Below the pieces are notes generated by a model. The model saw nothing but the letters and a program-made list of their open reading frames with translations, made no database searches and was not told the DNA's origin. Positions 1-7,862 of a stretch of 64,000 nucleotides of DNA are shown here, one piece after another (within the stretch, counting starts at the first letter, position 1; the number at the start of each line of letters is the position of its first letter). Position numbers and translations under genes: made by a program. The stretch covers positions 339 through 64,338 of the forward strand of contig JAZRZR010000005.1 of the NCBI GenBank assembly GCA_045601525.1. Direction: 5' to 3'. This stretch comes from Acutalibacteraceae bacterium. Its GTDB lineage: Bacteria > Bacillota > Clostridia > Oscillospirales > Acutalibacteraceae.

Positions 1-867
1 CCCACTACTATGACTGTGTCTATGGAGCAAATCAACAAAGCGCTTGATACAGTACGCACTGCAAAAAAGGAGTGCAAGGATTGGAAGGGTGCTGAAATTC
101 TTGGCGTTAACCTTGAAGGTCCCTTTATTAACCCAAGCAAAAAAGGCGCTCAAGCCGAGGAACATATCAAACCGATTGACCCCGAGTTTATCATAAAAAA
201 TGCCGATATTATTAAATTGGCAACCGTTGCTCCTGAAATGGAGGGTGCACCCGAGGGCATTAAAAAGGTAATCGAGAATTGCCCCGTTGTAATTTCTATT
301 GGACACACTAATGCTTCCTTTGAGGAAGCAAAGGCGGGTATTGAGGCAGGTGCCACAAATATTACCCATTTATTTAATGCACAAACTGCATTAAACCATC
401 GCAATCCCGGTGTTGTAGGTGCGGCACTATTAGGTGAAGTTACAACCGAGCTTATTGCCGATACATTCCATATACATAAAGGCCTTTTTGAGCTTATTGC
501 AAGAATAAAGGGAGATAATCTTGTTCTTATTACCGATTGTATCCGTGCAGGCGGTATGCCTGATGGTGAGTATGATTTAGGCGGTCAGGCAGTATCTGTT
601 AATGGTATCAAGTGCCTTTTGGCTGACGGAACTATTGCTGGCAGCGTGCTTCGTCTTAATAATGCAGTTAAAAACGTGAGAGATAATACAACGCTTCCTT
701 TCTGGAAAGTTGTTGCGGCCGCCAGTCTTAATCCTGCACGCGCAATCGGTGTAGCCGATAGAAAAGGCTCGCTCGAGGCAGGCAAGGATGCGGATATTAT
801 AATTACTGATAGTGATTTCAATATTGTAAAAACCATCATAGGAGGAGAAATTAAATATGAAATTTAG
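1..867 (+). CDS. nagA: N-acetylglucosamine-6-phosphate deacetylase, 5'-truncated by the window edge
   Basis: The frame is open from base 1. It carries amidohydrolase/NagA-type motifs: EGPFINPSKKGAQ, SIGHTNAS, NITHLFNAQ, GSLEAGKDADIII. Confidence 0.85.
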   Translation, partial: PTTMTVSMEQINKALDTVRTAKKECKDWKGAEILGVNLEGPFINPSKKGAQAEEHIKPIDPEFIIKNADIIKLATVAPEMEGAPEGIKKVIENCPVVISIGHTNASFEEAKAGIEAGATNITHLFNAQTALNHRNPGVVGAALLGEVTTELIADTFHIHKGLFELIARIKGDNLVLITDCIRAGGMPDGEYDLGGQAVSVNGIKCLLADGTIAGSVLRLNNAVKNVRDNTTLPFWKVVAAASLNPARAIGVADRKGSLEAGKDADIIITDSDFNIVKTIIGGEIKYEI

Positions 868-2230
868 TGCTAAACTTGACCCCCAATTTAGACCAATGTC
901 GGTTGAGTATCGTGAGTTTGTAAAGGGTGCAAAGGCCGCAAACGGCGAGCGCCTTGTTATAGGCATCGAGAGAAACAACGGCTTTATTTCAACCTTCGAA
1001 ACAACAGTTTACCCCGAGGGAACAGGCAAGGATGAGGAAAACCTCAATATGATTGAGCGTATCGTTAAATCTTTGCTTTGGGTTCGTGGCGGTTATAAGA
1101 TTATTATTGCAGGCAGCAAAAAGATTTATGAAGGCATTGCCGCCGCTTATGCAAAGGATGGTAGCCGTGCTTTTGATAATGACTTTATGGGTGGCGTTTA
1201 CGAAAAGGAATTTGTATGTGAGTATAGAGCAATTGAGGATGCCCCCAAAACTTATGAGTCAGCAACACCTATCGGCCGCCATCTTGACGGTTGTCGTATC
1301 GGCTTTGATGCCGGCGGTTCTGACCGTAAGGTAAGCGCCGTTATCAATGGCGAAAGCGTATTCTCCGAAGAGGTTGTTTGGTTCCCCAAACTTAATGCTG
1401 ACCCTCAATATCAGTATGACGGAATTTTATCGGCTATGAAGGCCGCTGCTGCACATATGCCCCGTGTTGATGCAATTGGTGTATCGAGCGCAGGCGTTTA
1501 TGTAGATAACAAAATAATGGTTGCCTCTCTCTTTATCAAGGTTCCAAAGGATGAATTTGAGAAGCGAGTTAAGACAATGTATATTGATATCGCCAAGGAA
1601 TTCGGCGATGTTCCGCTTGAGGTTGCAAACGATGGCGATGTAACTGCTCTTGCAGGCGCTATGGATTTAGAGGACGATAGCGTGCTTGGTATCGCTATGG
1701 GTACAAGTGAGGCAGGCGGTTATGTTGATGCTTCAGGCAACATTACAGGTTGGCTCAACGAGTTGGCTTTTGTGCCTGTTGATTATTGCAAGGATGCAAT
1801 GGTTGACGAGTGGTCGGGCGACTATGGCTGCGGTGTTAAATATTTCTCACAAGATGCAGTTATTAAACTTGCCCCTGCTGCAGGTATAGAACTTGATGAG
1901 GCGCTTTCTCCTGCCGAGAAACTTAAGGTAGTTCAAGGCCTTATGGCTGAAAACGACCCCCGCGCTGTGGCAATTTATGAAACAATCGGTGTTTATTTTG
2001 GTTATGCAATTGCATATTATAGCCTTTTCTATGATATTAAGCATGTTCTTATCATGGGTCGTGTTACCTCGGGAGAGGGCGGCGTTATTATTCTTAATAA
2101 AGCCAATGAAGTACTCAAAGGCGAGTTCCCCGAATTAGCCGAGAAGTGCGAATTGCATATCCCTGATGAAAAGAGCCGCCGTGTAGGACAGTCGGTAGCA
2201 GCTGCATCACTTCCTGAAATTAAACAGTAA
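857..2230 (+). CDS. ASKHA/ROK-like sugar kinase homologue with a ~145-aa N-terminal extension
   Basis: 457-aa ORF overlapping the nagA stop by 11 nt. A phosphate-binding-type motif RIGFDAGGSDRK lies near residue 150, followed by ANDGDVTALAG and GIAMGTSEAGG. I do not see the classical ROK CxCGxxGC zinc motif. Confidence 0.55.
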   Translation: MKFSAKLDPQFRPMSVEYREFVKGAKAANGERLVIGIERNNGFISTFETTVYPEGTGKDEENLNMIERIVKSLLWVRGGYKIIIAGSKKIYEGIAAAYAKDGSRAFDNDFMGGVYEKEFVCEYRAIEDAPKTYESATPIGRHLDGCRIGFDAGGSDRKVSAVINGESVFSEEVVWFPKLNADPQYQYDGILSAMKAAAAHMPRVDAIGVSSAGVYVDNKIMVASLFIKVPKDEFEKRVKTMYIDIAKEFGDVPLEVANDGDVTALAGAMDLEDDSVLGIAMGTSEAGGYVDASGNITGWLNELAFVPVDYCKDAMVDEWSGDYGCGVKYFSQDAVIKLAPAAGIELDEALSPAEKLKVVQGLMAENDPRAVAIYETIGVYFGYAIAYYSLFYDIKHVLIMGRVTSGEGGVIILNKANEVLKGEFPELAEKCELHIPDEKSRRVGQSVAAASLPEIKQ

Positions 2231-2238
2231 TTTTTAAT

Positions 2239-2268
2239 GAGCCAACCGAAAGGTTGGCTCTAAATTTT
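2239..2268 (+). terminator. intrinsic terminator after the kinase gene
   Basis: GAGCCAACC-GAAA-GGTTGGCTC hairpin followed by a T-rich run. Confidence 0.7.
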
Positions 2269-2287
2269 GGTATATTACTCTTTTGGG

Positions 2288-2316
2288 TTGACATAAGACT
2301 TAAAAAATTTTATAAT
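2288..2316 (+). promoter_or_regulatory. candidate sigma-A promoter for the hydrolase/anchor/mazF unit
   Basis: Perfect TTGACA, 17-nt spacer, then TATAAT, about 60 nt upstream of the ATG at 2377. Confidence 0.6.
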
Positions 2317-2376
2317 AAATATGAATTGTCTATATGATTACTCATTTATATTATATATTTAGAAAGGGGAAATACG

Positions 2377-4416
2377 ATGCATCAAAAAAAGATATATAAA
2401 AGCATTGTTTGTTTTGCGCTCTCTTTGGTGCTTATAATATTGCCCCTTAATCTAAAGGCGAGGGCTATGGCTTATCCCGTTATGGCTGTAATAATTAGAG
2501 AACAAGCACAGGTGTGGTCACTTCCCGGAACTACGGGGCACGAGGCCGACCCCGATAATACTACAAGTGTTAAGCTTGATACATTGGTGGAAGGCACTAC
2601 GGTGCGCCTAATTGCCGACCAAAAGGATGGCGATGGGGATATATGGTACAAGGCAGAGTATGGCTCTGACTATTCAAAAAGTGGATATGTGTATAGCGGT
2701 AGGGTGAAAATCACCGCAAGTTATACCGAGGACCCCGAATTTGAAGCTTGGCTTACCTCGCAAAATTTCCCCGAAGATTATAAGGTTAAATTGCGTATTA
2801 TCCATGTCCTTTTTCCCGCTTGGATATTTTATGCCGACCATACCGGTCTTGATTGGAACGAATCTGTAACTGCTCAAAGTGAACTTGGCAAAAAAACAGT
2901 GCATACCTCATGGGATAATTCCTTAAAGAGTATGCAAGAAAATGCTTACGATTGGGATAATGGTGTGTGGTCGGGTCTTGATGGTTCATCGTGGGTTGCA
3001 GCGGCACCGAGAACTATTGCTTATTATATGGACCCAAGGAATTTCCTCGATGAAATAAATATTTTCCAGTTTGCCGATTTATCCTACGATGCCGAGAAAA
3101 ACAAACTTGAATATATCGAGCAGGCCGTTAAGGGCACCTTTATGGAAGGTACATTACCCGATAATCCCGAAAAGACCTATGCACAGGTTATTTTCGATGC
3201 GGCGGCGGAATTTAATATGAGTCCCTTTGCGATGGTATCTATTTTCCATCAAGAGCAGGGCACCAATGGTTCGGGAGCCACTATTTCGGGAACTAACCCA
3301 ACCTATCCCGGTATATACAACTATTTTAATATAGGCGCTTTTGAAGATAAAGAAAATGGTATAGATGCGACAACCCGAGGTCTTTGGTGGGCAAACGGCG
3401 GCACCAATGGTGCGGACCACACCTATCTCCGCCCTTGGACCACTCGCGAATTGGCTATTCGAGGTGGTGCCGATTGGTATACAAGGGGTTATATAAGCGT
3501 AGGGCAAAAAACAATCTATTATAAAGATTTTAATGTTTGCGAAAATACTTCACACTCACCGCACACCCATCAGTATGCAAGTAATATTGCCGATGCTAAA
3601 AATGAGGGCGTGCATCTAAATAATGGCTATTATAGTTTTAAGGATTCGGCGTTGGTATTCCATATTCCCGTATATAAAAATATGCCAACCGAAACAACCC
3701 TTCCGCCTGACGGCACAAATAACAACTGTTATTTGTCGGCCTTGACAGTGGACGGTGAGAGCGTGCAAGGCTTTAACCGATACACTAAAAACTATGATGT
3801 TATCGTGCCTTACAGTGCGCAGTCGGTTAATATAGCGGCAACGGGTGACCCCCAGGCAACAATCACGGGCATAGGTTCAAAAAACCTTGAGGTTGGCCTT
3901 AACACAGTTGTCGTTAATGTGGCTTCATCGGCGGGGGATAGTTATTCATATACACTCAATATCTTCCGAGAGCAAGGCGACATTATAGTACCTGAGCCTG
4001 AAGTAGATGGCGATTATACCATCAACAATTCAAACATTTCAGGCGTTGAGCCTCAAACCGATTTAGCAACCTTTATTTCAAATCTTTCGGTTAAGAACGG
4101 TACCGCAAAGATATTGGACTATCAAGGTAACGAAAAAACCACAGGCCATATTGCCACCGGTGATACAGTTTTGGTTTATAACAATAACAACGAGCAAAAA
4201 TTAAGTTACAGCGTAGTTATTTACGGCGATGTAACGGGTGATGGCAAGATTTCATCGCGTGATTTGCTTGTTTTGCAACGGCACATTTTGGAGATAGAAA
4301 TAATAAACGATGAATTCCTGCTAGCAGGTGACGCTAATAGAGATAATGGTGTAAAATCAAGAGATTTGCTTGTTATTCAACGTCACATATTAGAAATGGA
4401 AAAAATAAAACAATAG
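2377..4416 (+). CDS. secreted multidomain cell-wall hydrolase candidate: SH3b-like, GH73-like glucosaminidase region, cadherin-like beta-sandwich, C-terminal dockerin
   Basis: It has a signal peptide (KSIVCFALSLVLIILPL) and autolysin-like segments (YYMDPRNFL, FHQEQGTNGSG). The C-terminus carries duplicated Ca-binding dockerin repeats, GDVTGDGKISSRDLLVLQRHIL and GDANRDNGVKSRDLLVIQRHIL. Confidence 0.7.
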   Translation: MHQKKIYKSIVCFALSLVLIILPLNLKARAMAYPVMAVIIREQAQVWSLPGTTGHEADPDNTTSVKLDTLVEGTTVRLIADQKDGDGDIWYKAEYGSDYSKSGYVYSGRVKITASYTEDPEFEAWLTSQNFPEDYKVKLRIIHVLFPAWIFYADHTGLDWNESVTAQSELGKKTVHTSWDNSLKSMQENAYDWDNGVWSGLDGSSWVAAAPRTIAYYMDPRNFLDEINIFQFADLSYDAEKNKLEYIEQAVKGTFMEGTLPDNPEKTYAQVIFDAAAEFNMSPFAMVSIFHQEQGTNGSGATISGTNPTYPGIYNYFNIGAFEDKENGIDATTRGLWWANGGTNGADHTYLRPWTTRELAIRGGADWYTRGYISVGQKTIYYKDFNVCENTSHSPHTHQYASNIADAKNEGVHLNNGYYSFKDSALVFHIPVYKNMPTETTLPPDGTNNNCYLSALTVDGESVQGFNRYTKNYDVIVPYSAQSVNIAATGDPQATITGIGSKNLEVGLNTVVVNVASSAGDSYSYTLNIFREQGDIIVPEPEVDGDYTINNSNISGVEPQTDLATFISNLSVKNGTAKILDYQGNEKTTGHIATGDTVLVYNNNNEQKLSYSVVIYGDVTGDGKISSRDLLVLQRHILEIEIINDEFLLAGDANRDNGVKSRDLLVIQRHILEMEKIKQ

Positions 4417-4426
4417 GGTGAATGAA

Positions 4427-6001
4427 ATGATTAAGAAAGCAAAATTGATTTTATGTTTAGCTTTAATGGCCTGCCTTTTGTTGCAATTGCCGATTTTAAC
4501 AGCATCGGCTGATACTGCAACAATTTCGGCTCCCACAAAGGGATATGTAGGCGAGGAAATAACTGTAACATACACAATTAAGTGTGACCATCATAGTAAA
4601 CTCGGTTCAGCGATGGGCTATCTCAAATATGATGCTTCCTATTTTCAGGTGATTTCGGCACCTACTAATGCCGACGGCGCAAATAAAATAGAAGATGGCA
4701 AGTATAAATTTGTTTATAATGATGCCACAGGCAGTCAAAATGCAGTAAGTTTCACCTTTAAGTTTAAGGTGCTAAAGGCGGGAAGCGCCGGCGTTTCACT
4801 TGAGGCAACCGAAATCGTTTCGGCGGATCTCTCCAGCGAAAGCGCAAGGTCGGCTTCGGTGGGTATTACCCTTGTTGACCGTAGCACGCTTTCTTCAAAT
4901 GCAACCCTTAAGAAACTCGGTATTTCGGTTGGCACATTATCACCCGCCTTTGACCCCGATATTTACAATTATACAGTAAATGTTGATTATTCGGTTACTC
5001 AATTGATTGTTTCTTGTGTTACTGCCGAAAAAGATGCAGTGCTTAAAGTAACCGGTTCGCAAAAACTTAAGGTTGGCAAAAACCTACGCGAAATCGGTGT
5101 TATCGCACCTAATGGTGTAACTAGAAAACTTTATACTATTACGATAACCCGTGCGGCTAAAAATGATGAGCCTGTATCCGAGCCCGATATTGAGGTTAAT
5201 CCTTATGAAATACTTGTAAGCCGCGAAAAAAGATACATTGTAAATGATTATACAGGTATCGAAATTCCCACAGGCTTTACATTTTCAACCAAGGTGATTA
5301 ACGGCATAGAGATGCCCGTTCTTGTAAATGCAACGGCATCAAAGGTTTTGGTTTATGCCCTTGATAATCAAGAGGCAACAGGTTGCTACTGTCTTTATGA
5401 TGAAGAAACAAATACATTTACTATTTATAAAATTTTCTCCTCCAGCAACCAAAAATATTTAGCCTTGTCTCCCGAGAGCAACATAGTTCCCGTAGGATAT
5501 TATGCAACCACACAAAAACTCGGCGGATATCTTGTTGACGGATATAAATATAACGATACCAAGAAAGCTGATTTCTTTATTTTCTATGGCGAAAACGAAC
5601 TTGGCATAAAGGGATATTATCGTTATGATGCCACTGATTCTTCGGTACAGCGTGCAATAGAGTTTACCGATGCTATGAATAAAAATACTACCCAAGAGGT
5701 AAACGGTACTCTCTTTGAAAACTTCGCATCACTTGAGGCTAAGGAAAAGGCGGTTGTAATTGCGGGTATCAGCCTTATTCTAGTTGTAATCGCCTTGATT
5801 ATTATAACTGCAATACGCATTTATAAAACTCGTAATCCACAAACTCACGGTGGTGAGAAACACGAAAGTGAGTCCGAGGAAAGCAATATGTTCTTGAATT
5901 TCATTGAGGATTCACAAAACAAAAAGGTGACCTTTAACGAAGATTTTGTAATTTCCGATGAAGAGCCAAAATCGGAAGAAGAGGGAACTCAAGAAGAATA
6001 G
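4427..6001 (+). CDS. membrane-anchored protein with an N-terminal cohesin-like module, a cadherin-like module, one C-terminal TM helix and an acidic cytoplasmic tail
   Basis: The track starts at GTG 4418, but ATG 4427 gives a typical signal peptide (MIKKAKLILCLALMACLL). The cohesin-like pattern is GYVGEEITVTYTIK..LGSAMGYLKYDASYFQVIS..FTFKFKVLKAG. The TM helix is AVVIAGISLILVVIALIIITAI, followed by a 61-aa tail. Confidence 0.6.
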   Translation: MIKKAKLILCLALMACLLLQLPILTASADTATISAPTKGYVGEEITVTYTIKCDHHSKLGSAMGYLKYDASYFQVISAPTNADGANKIEDGKYKFVYNDATGSQNAVSFTFKFKVLKAGSAGVSLEATEIVSADLSSESARSASVGITLVDRSTLSSNATLKKLGISVGTLSPAFDPDIYNYTVNVDYSVTQLIVSCVTAEKDAVLKVTGSQKLKVGKNLREIGVIAPNGVTRKLYTITITRAAKNDEPVSEPDIEVNPYEILVSREKRYIVNDYTGIEIPTGFTFSTKVINGIEMPVLVNATASKVLVYALDNQEATGCYCLYDEETNTFTIYKIFSSSNQKYLALSPESNIVPVGYYATTQKLGGYLVDGYKYNDTKKADFFIFYGENELGIKGYYRYDATDSSVQRAIEFTDAMNKNTTQEVNGTLFENFASLEAKEKAVVIAGISLILVVIALIIITAIRIYKTRNPQTHGGEKHESESEESNMFLNFIEDSQNKKVTFNEDFVISDEEPKSEEEGTQEE

Positions 6002-6075
6002 CATATAAAAAATTCACGCATACAATGTAATAGTCAATTTATTTTTGTGATTAAAATTCCAACTAATTGGCAAAG

Positions 6076-6117
6076 ATATAAATGACAATATATTCGGAGC
6101 GTGAAATATAAATGACA
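6076..6117 (+). repeat. 12-nt direct repeat ATATAAATGACA (6076-6087 and 6106-6117), each copy containing an ATG
   Basis: Read directly from the sequence. The second copy contains the mazF start codon. The first opens a 9-codon uORF (MTIYSEREI) whose TAA abuts the mazF ATG. Confidence 0.8.
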
Positions 6118-6459
6118 GTTAAACGAGGCGATATTTATTATGCCGATTTAAGTCCTGTAATCGGCTCGGAACAGGGCGGTGTACGACCGGTACTTATTAT
6201 TCAAAACGATATAGGTAATCGATATAGCCCCACAGTTATAGCGGCGGCAATTACAAGTCAGCAAGATAAAACAAGTTTGCCCACACATATAAGGGTAAAC
6301 GCTGACGGTTGCGGACTTGCTAAAGATTCGGTTATATTGCTTGAACAGGTACGTACCATTGATAAGCAAAGACTTAAAGAAAAAATGGGCAGTCTTGATA
6401 TCCCGTCAATGAATATGGTCGATAAGGCCTTGTCGGTAAGCTTCGGACTTAATAATTGA
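6112..6459 (+). CDS. mazF: type II toxin MazF/EndoA (PemK-family endoribonuclease)
   Basis: 115 aa. The N-terminus, [48 protein letters not shown], and [13 protein letters not shown] closely resemble B. subtilis EndoA/NdoA. Confidence 0.93.
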   Translation: MTVKRGDIYYADLSPVIGSEQGGVRPVLIIQNDIGNRYSPTVIAAAITSQQDKTSLPTHIRVNADGCGLAKDSVILLEQVRTIDKQRLKEKMGSLDIPSMNMVDKALSVSFGLNN

Positions 6460-6464
6460 AACAA

Positions 6465-6503
6465 TCTCCCAAACGCTATATGCCGTTTGGGAGATTTATT
6501 TTT
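6465..6503 (+). terminator. intrinsic terminator after mazF
   Basis: TCTCCCAAACG-8 nt loop-CGTTTGGGAGA followed by TTTATTTTT. Confidence 0.8.
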
Positions 6504-6522
6504 ATCTTTCACAAAATAATTA

Positions 6523-6578
6523 TTGACAAATAAAAAGGGTGGGTGTATTATATAACTGTACTAATCGAACTAATACAC
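6523..6578 (+). promoter_or_regulatory. candidate promoter plus operator-like inverted repeat of the GntR/ABC operon
   Basis: TTGACA (6523-6528), 17-nt spacer, TATTAT (6546-6551). GTGTATTA (6543-6550) and TAATACAC (6571-6578) form an 8-nt inverted repeat spanning the -10 element and the leader. ACTAAT occurs twice between them. Confidence 0.5.
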
Positions 6579-6597
6579 TTTGAACGGAGGCGATGAT

Positions 6598-6966
6598 TTG
6601 TTCCAAATAGATTATAAAAGCGGTGTTCCGATTTATGACCAGATAGTTAACAGCGTTATACGCCTTAAGGTTTTGGGCGCCCTAAAGGAAGGGGAGGCCT
6701 TACCCTCGGTGCGCGCAATGGCGCTGAAGCTTTCCATAAATCCCAATACGGTGCAAAGGGCCTATGCAATTCTCGAAGAAAAGGGGATAATTTATTCCGT
6801 TTCGGGTAAGGGCTCATTTGTCGCTACTAATAACTCTTGCGAACAAAGCATTAAGAATTCAGCACTTGAAAAGGTGGTTGAAGAGGTTAAAAACGCGGCA
6901 CTTTGCGGAGTTAAAAAAGATGAGATTATTGCCGCACTTAATTCTGTTTTTAAGGAGGAAAAGTAA
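6598..6966 (+). CDS. GntR-family transcriptional regulator, short YtrA-like type
   Basis: GntR-type wHTH (LPSVRAMALKLSINPNTVQRAYAILEEKGIIYSVSGKGSFV) with a short C-terminal domain. The likely start is TTG 6598, 7 nt after GGAGG; the track starts at TTG 6580. Confidence 0.85.
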   Translation: MFQIDYKSGVPIYDQIVNSVIRLKVLGALKEGEALPSVRAMALKLSINPNTVQRAYAILEEKGIIYSVSGKGSFVATNNSCEQSIKNSALEKVVEEVKNAALCGVKKDEIIAALNSVFKEEK

Positions 6967-7862
6967 TGATTAAGACAATAGGGCTCACCAAAAAATTTGG
7001 CGAGAAAAAGGCCTTAAATGATGTAAATTTAGTTGTTAACGATGGCGCAATTTATGGGCTTGTTGGTTCAAACGGCTCGGGCAAATCAACACTAATGCGG
7101 CTAATATCGGGTGTTTATTATGCAGATGCAGGCGTGGTTTCGGTAGATAATGAAACCCCTTACAATAATGCTTTATTAAAAGCCAAGGTTTCCTATTTGC
7201 CCGATACGCCATTTTTTATACACCAATCAAATATAAACGAAATGGCTTCATTTTATAAAAAAATGTATCCCTCGTTTTCGGTTGAGCGTTTTGAGAAACT
7301 TTCCAAAACTTTCCCGCTTGATAGAAAGGCCAGAATATCCACAATGTCAAAGGGTATGCAAAGGCAGGCGGCTTTGATGCTTTGTCTTTCTACAATGCCA
7401 AAATATTTATTGCTTGATGAGGCCTTTGACGGCTTGGACCCTGTAATGAGAAAGGTGTTAAAATCATTGCTTGCCGAGGGCGTTAGTGATGGTATGACTG
7501 CTATTATCGCATCTCACAATCTTCGTGACCTTGATGAGCTTTGTGATAATGTAGGTCTTTTACACGAGGGTAAATTGCTTGTAAATGATAGCATTGATGC
7601 GATTAAAAACGGCATACACAAATTTCAAGTTGTATTTAATACAGTACCCGATTTATCGGTCTTTGAAAATCTTGATATATTGAAAATCGAGAGAAGCGGC
7701 TCGGTTGTAAATCTTGCGGCGAGGGGAGAAAAAAAGGAAATCAGCAACTTCATAAACGGTCTTTTCCCCTTGTTTGTTGAGGCTATTCCCCCGAGCTTTG
7801 AAGAAGTATTTATGTATGAATTGGAGGCTATGAATTATGATGCAGAAAACCTCTTTGAATAA
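6966..7862 (+). CDS. ABC transporter ATP-binding protein
   Basis: Walker A (GSNGSGKST), signature-like MSKGMQRQ and Walker B (LLLDEAFDGLD). Its start overlaps the regulator stop (TAATG). Confidence 0.9.
   Translation: MIKTIGLTKKFGEKKALNDVNLVVNDGAIYGLVGSNGSGKSTLMRLISGVYYADAGVVSVDNETPYNNALLKAKVSYLPDTPFFIHQSNINEMASFYKKMYPSFSVERFEKLSKTFPLDRKARISTMSKGMQRQAALMLCLSTMPKYLLLDEAFDGLDPVMRKVLKSLLAEGVSDGMTAIIASHNLRDLDELCDNVGLLHEGKLLVNDSIDAIKNGIHKFQVVFNTVPDLSVFENLDILKIERSGSVVNLAARGEKKEISNFINGLFPLFVEAIPPSFEEVFMYELEAMNYDAENLFE

Noticed and set aside
2377-6001. Interpreting the dockerin/cohesin genes as part of a cellulosome locus.
   Set aside because: No scaffoldin with multiple cohesins and no cellulase or hemicellulase genes are present nearby. 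The dockerin-bearing enzyme looks like a peptidoglycan hydrolase.
6082-6111. 9-codon uORF (MTIYSEREI), considered as a remnant or mini-antitoxin.
   Set aside because: It is too short to be a protein antitoxin and has no SD of its own. It is kept only as a possible translational-coupling element or deletion scar (see findings).
6258-6512. 84-aa minus-strand ORF overlapping mazF, considered as a possible antisense-encoded antitoxin.
   Set aside because: It starts inside or beyond the mazF terminator hairpin, has no SD, and its product has no RHH/AbrB-like or acidic character. It is typical antisense shadow of a conserved gene.
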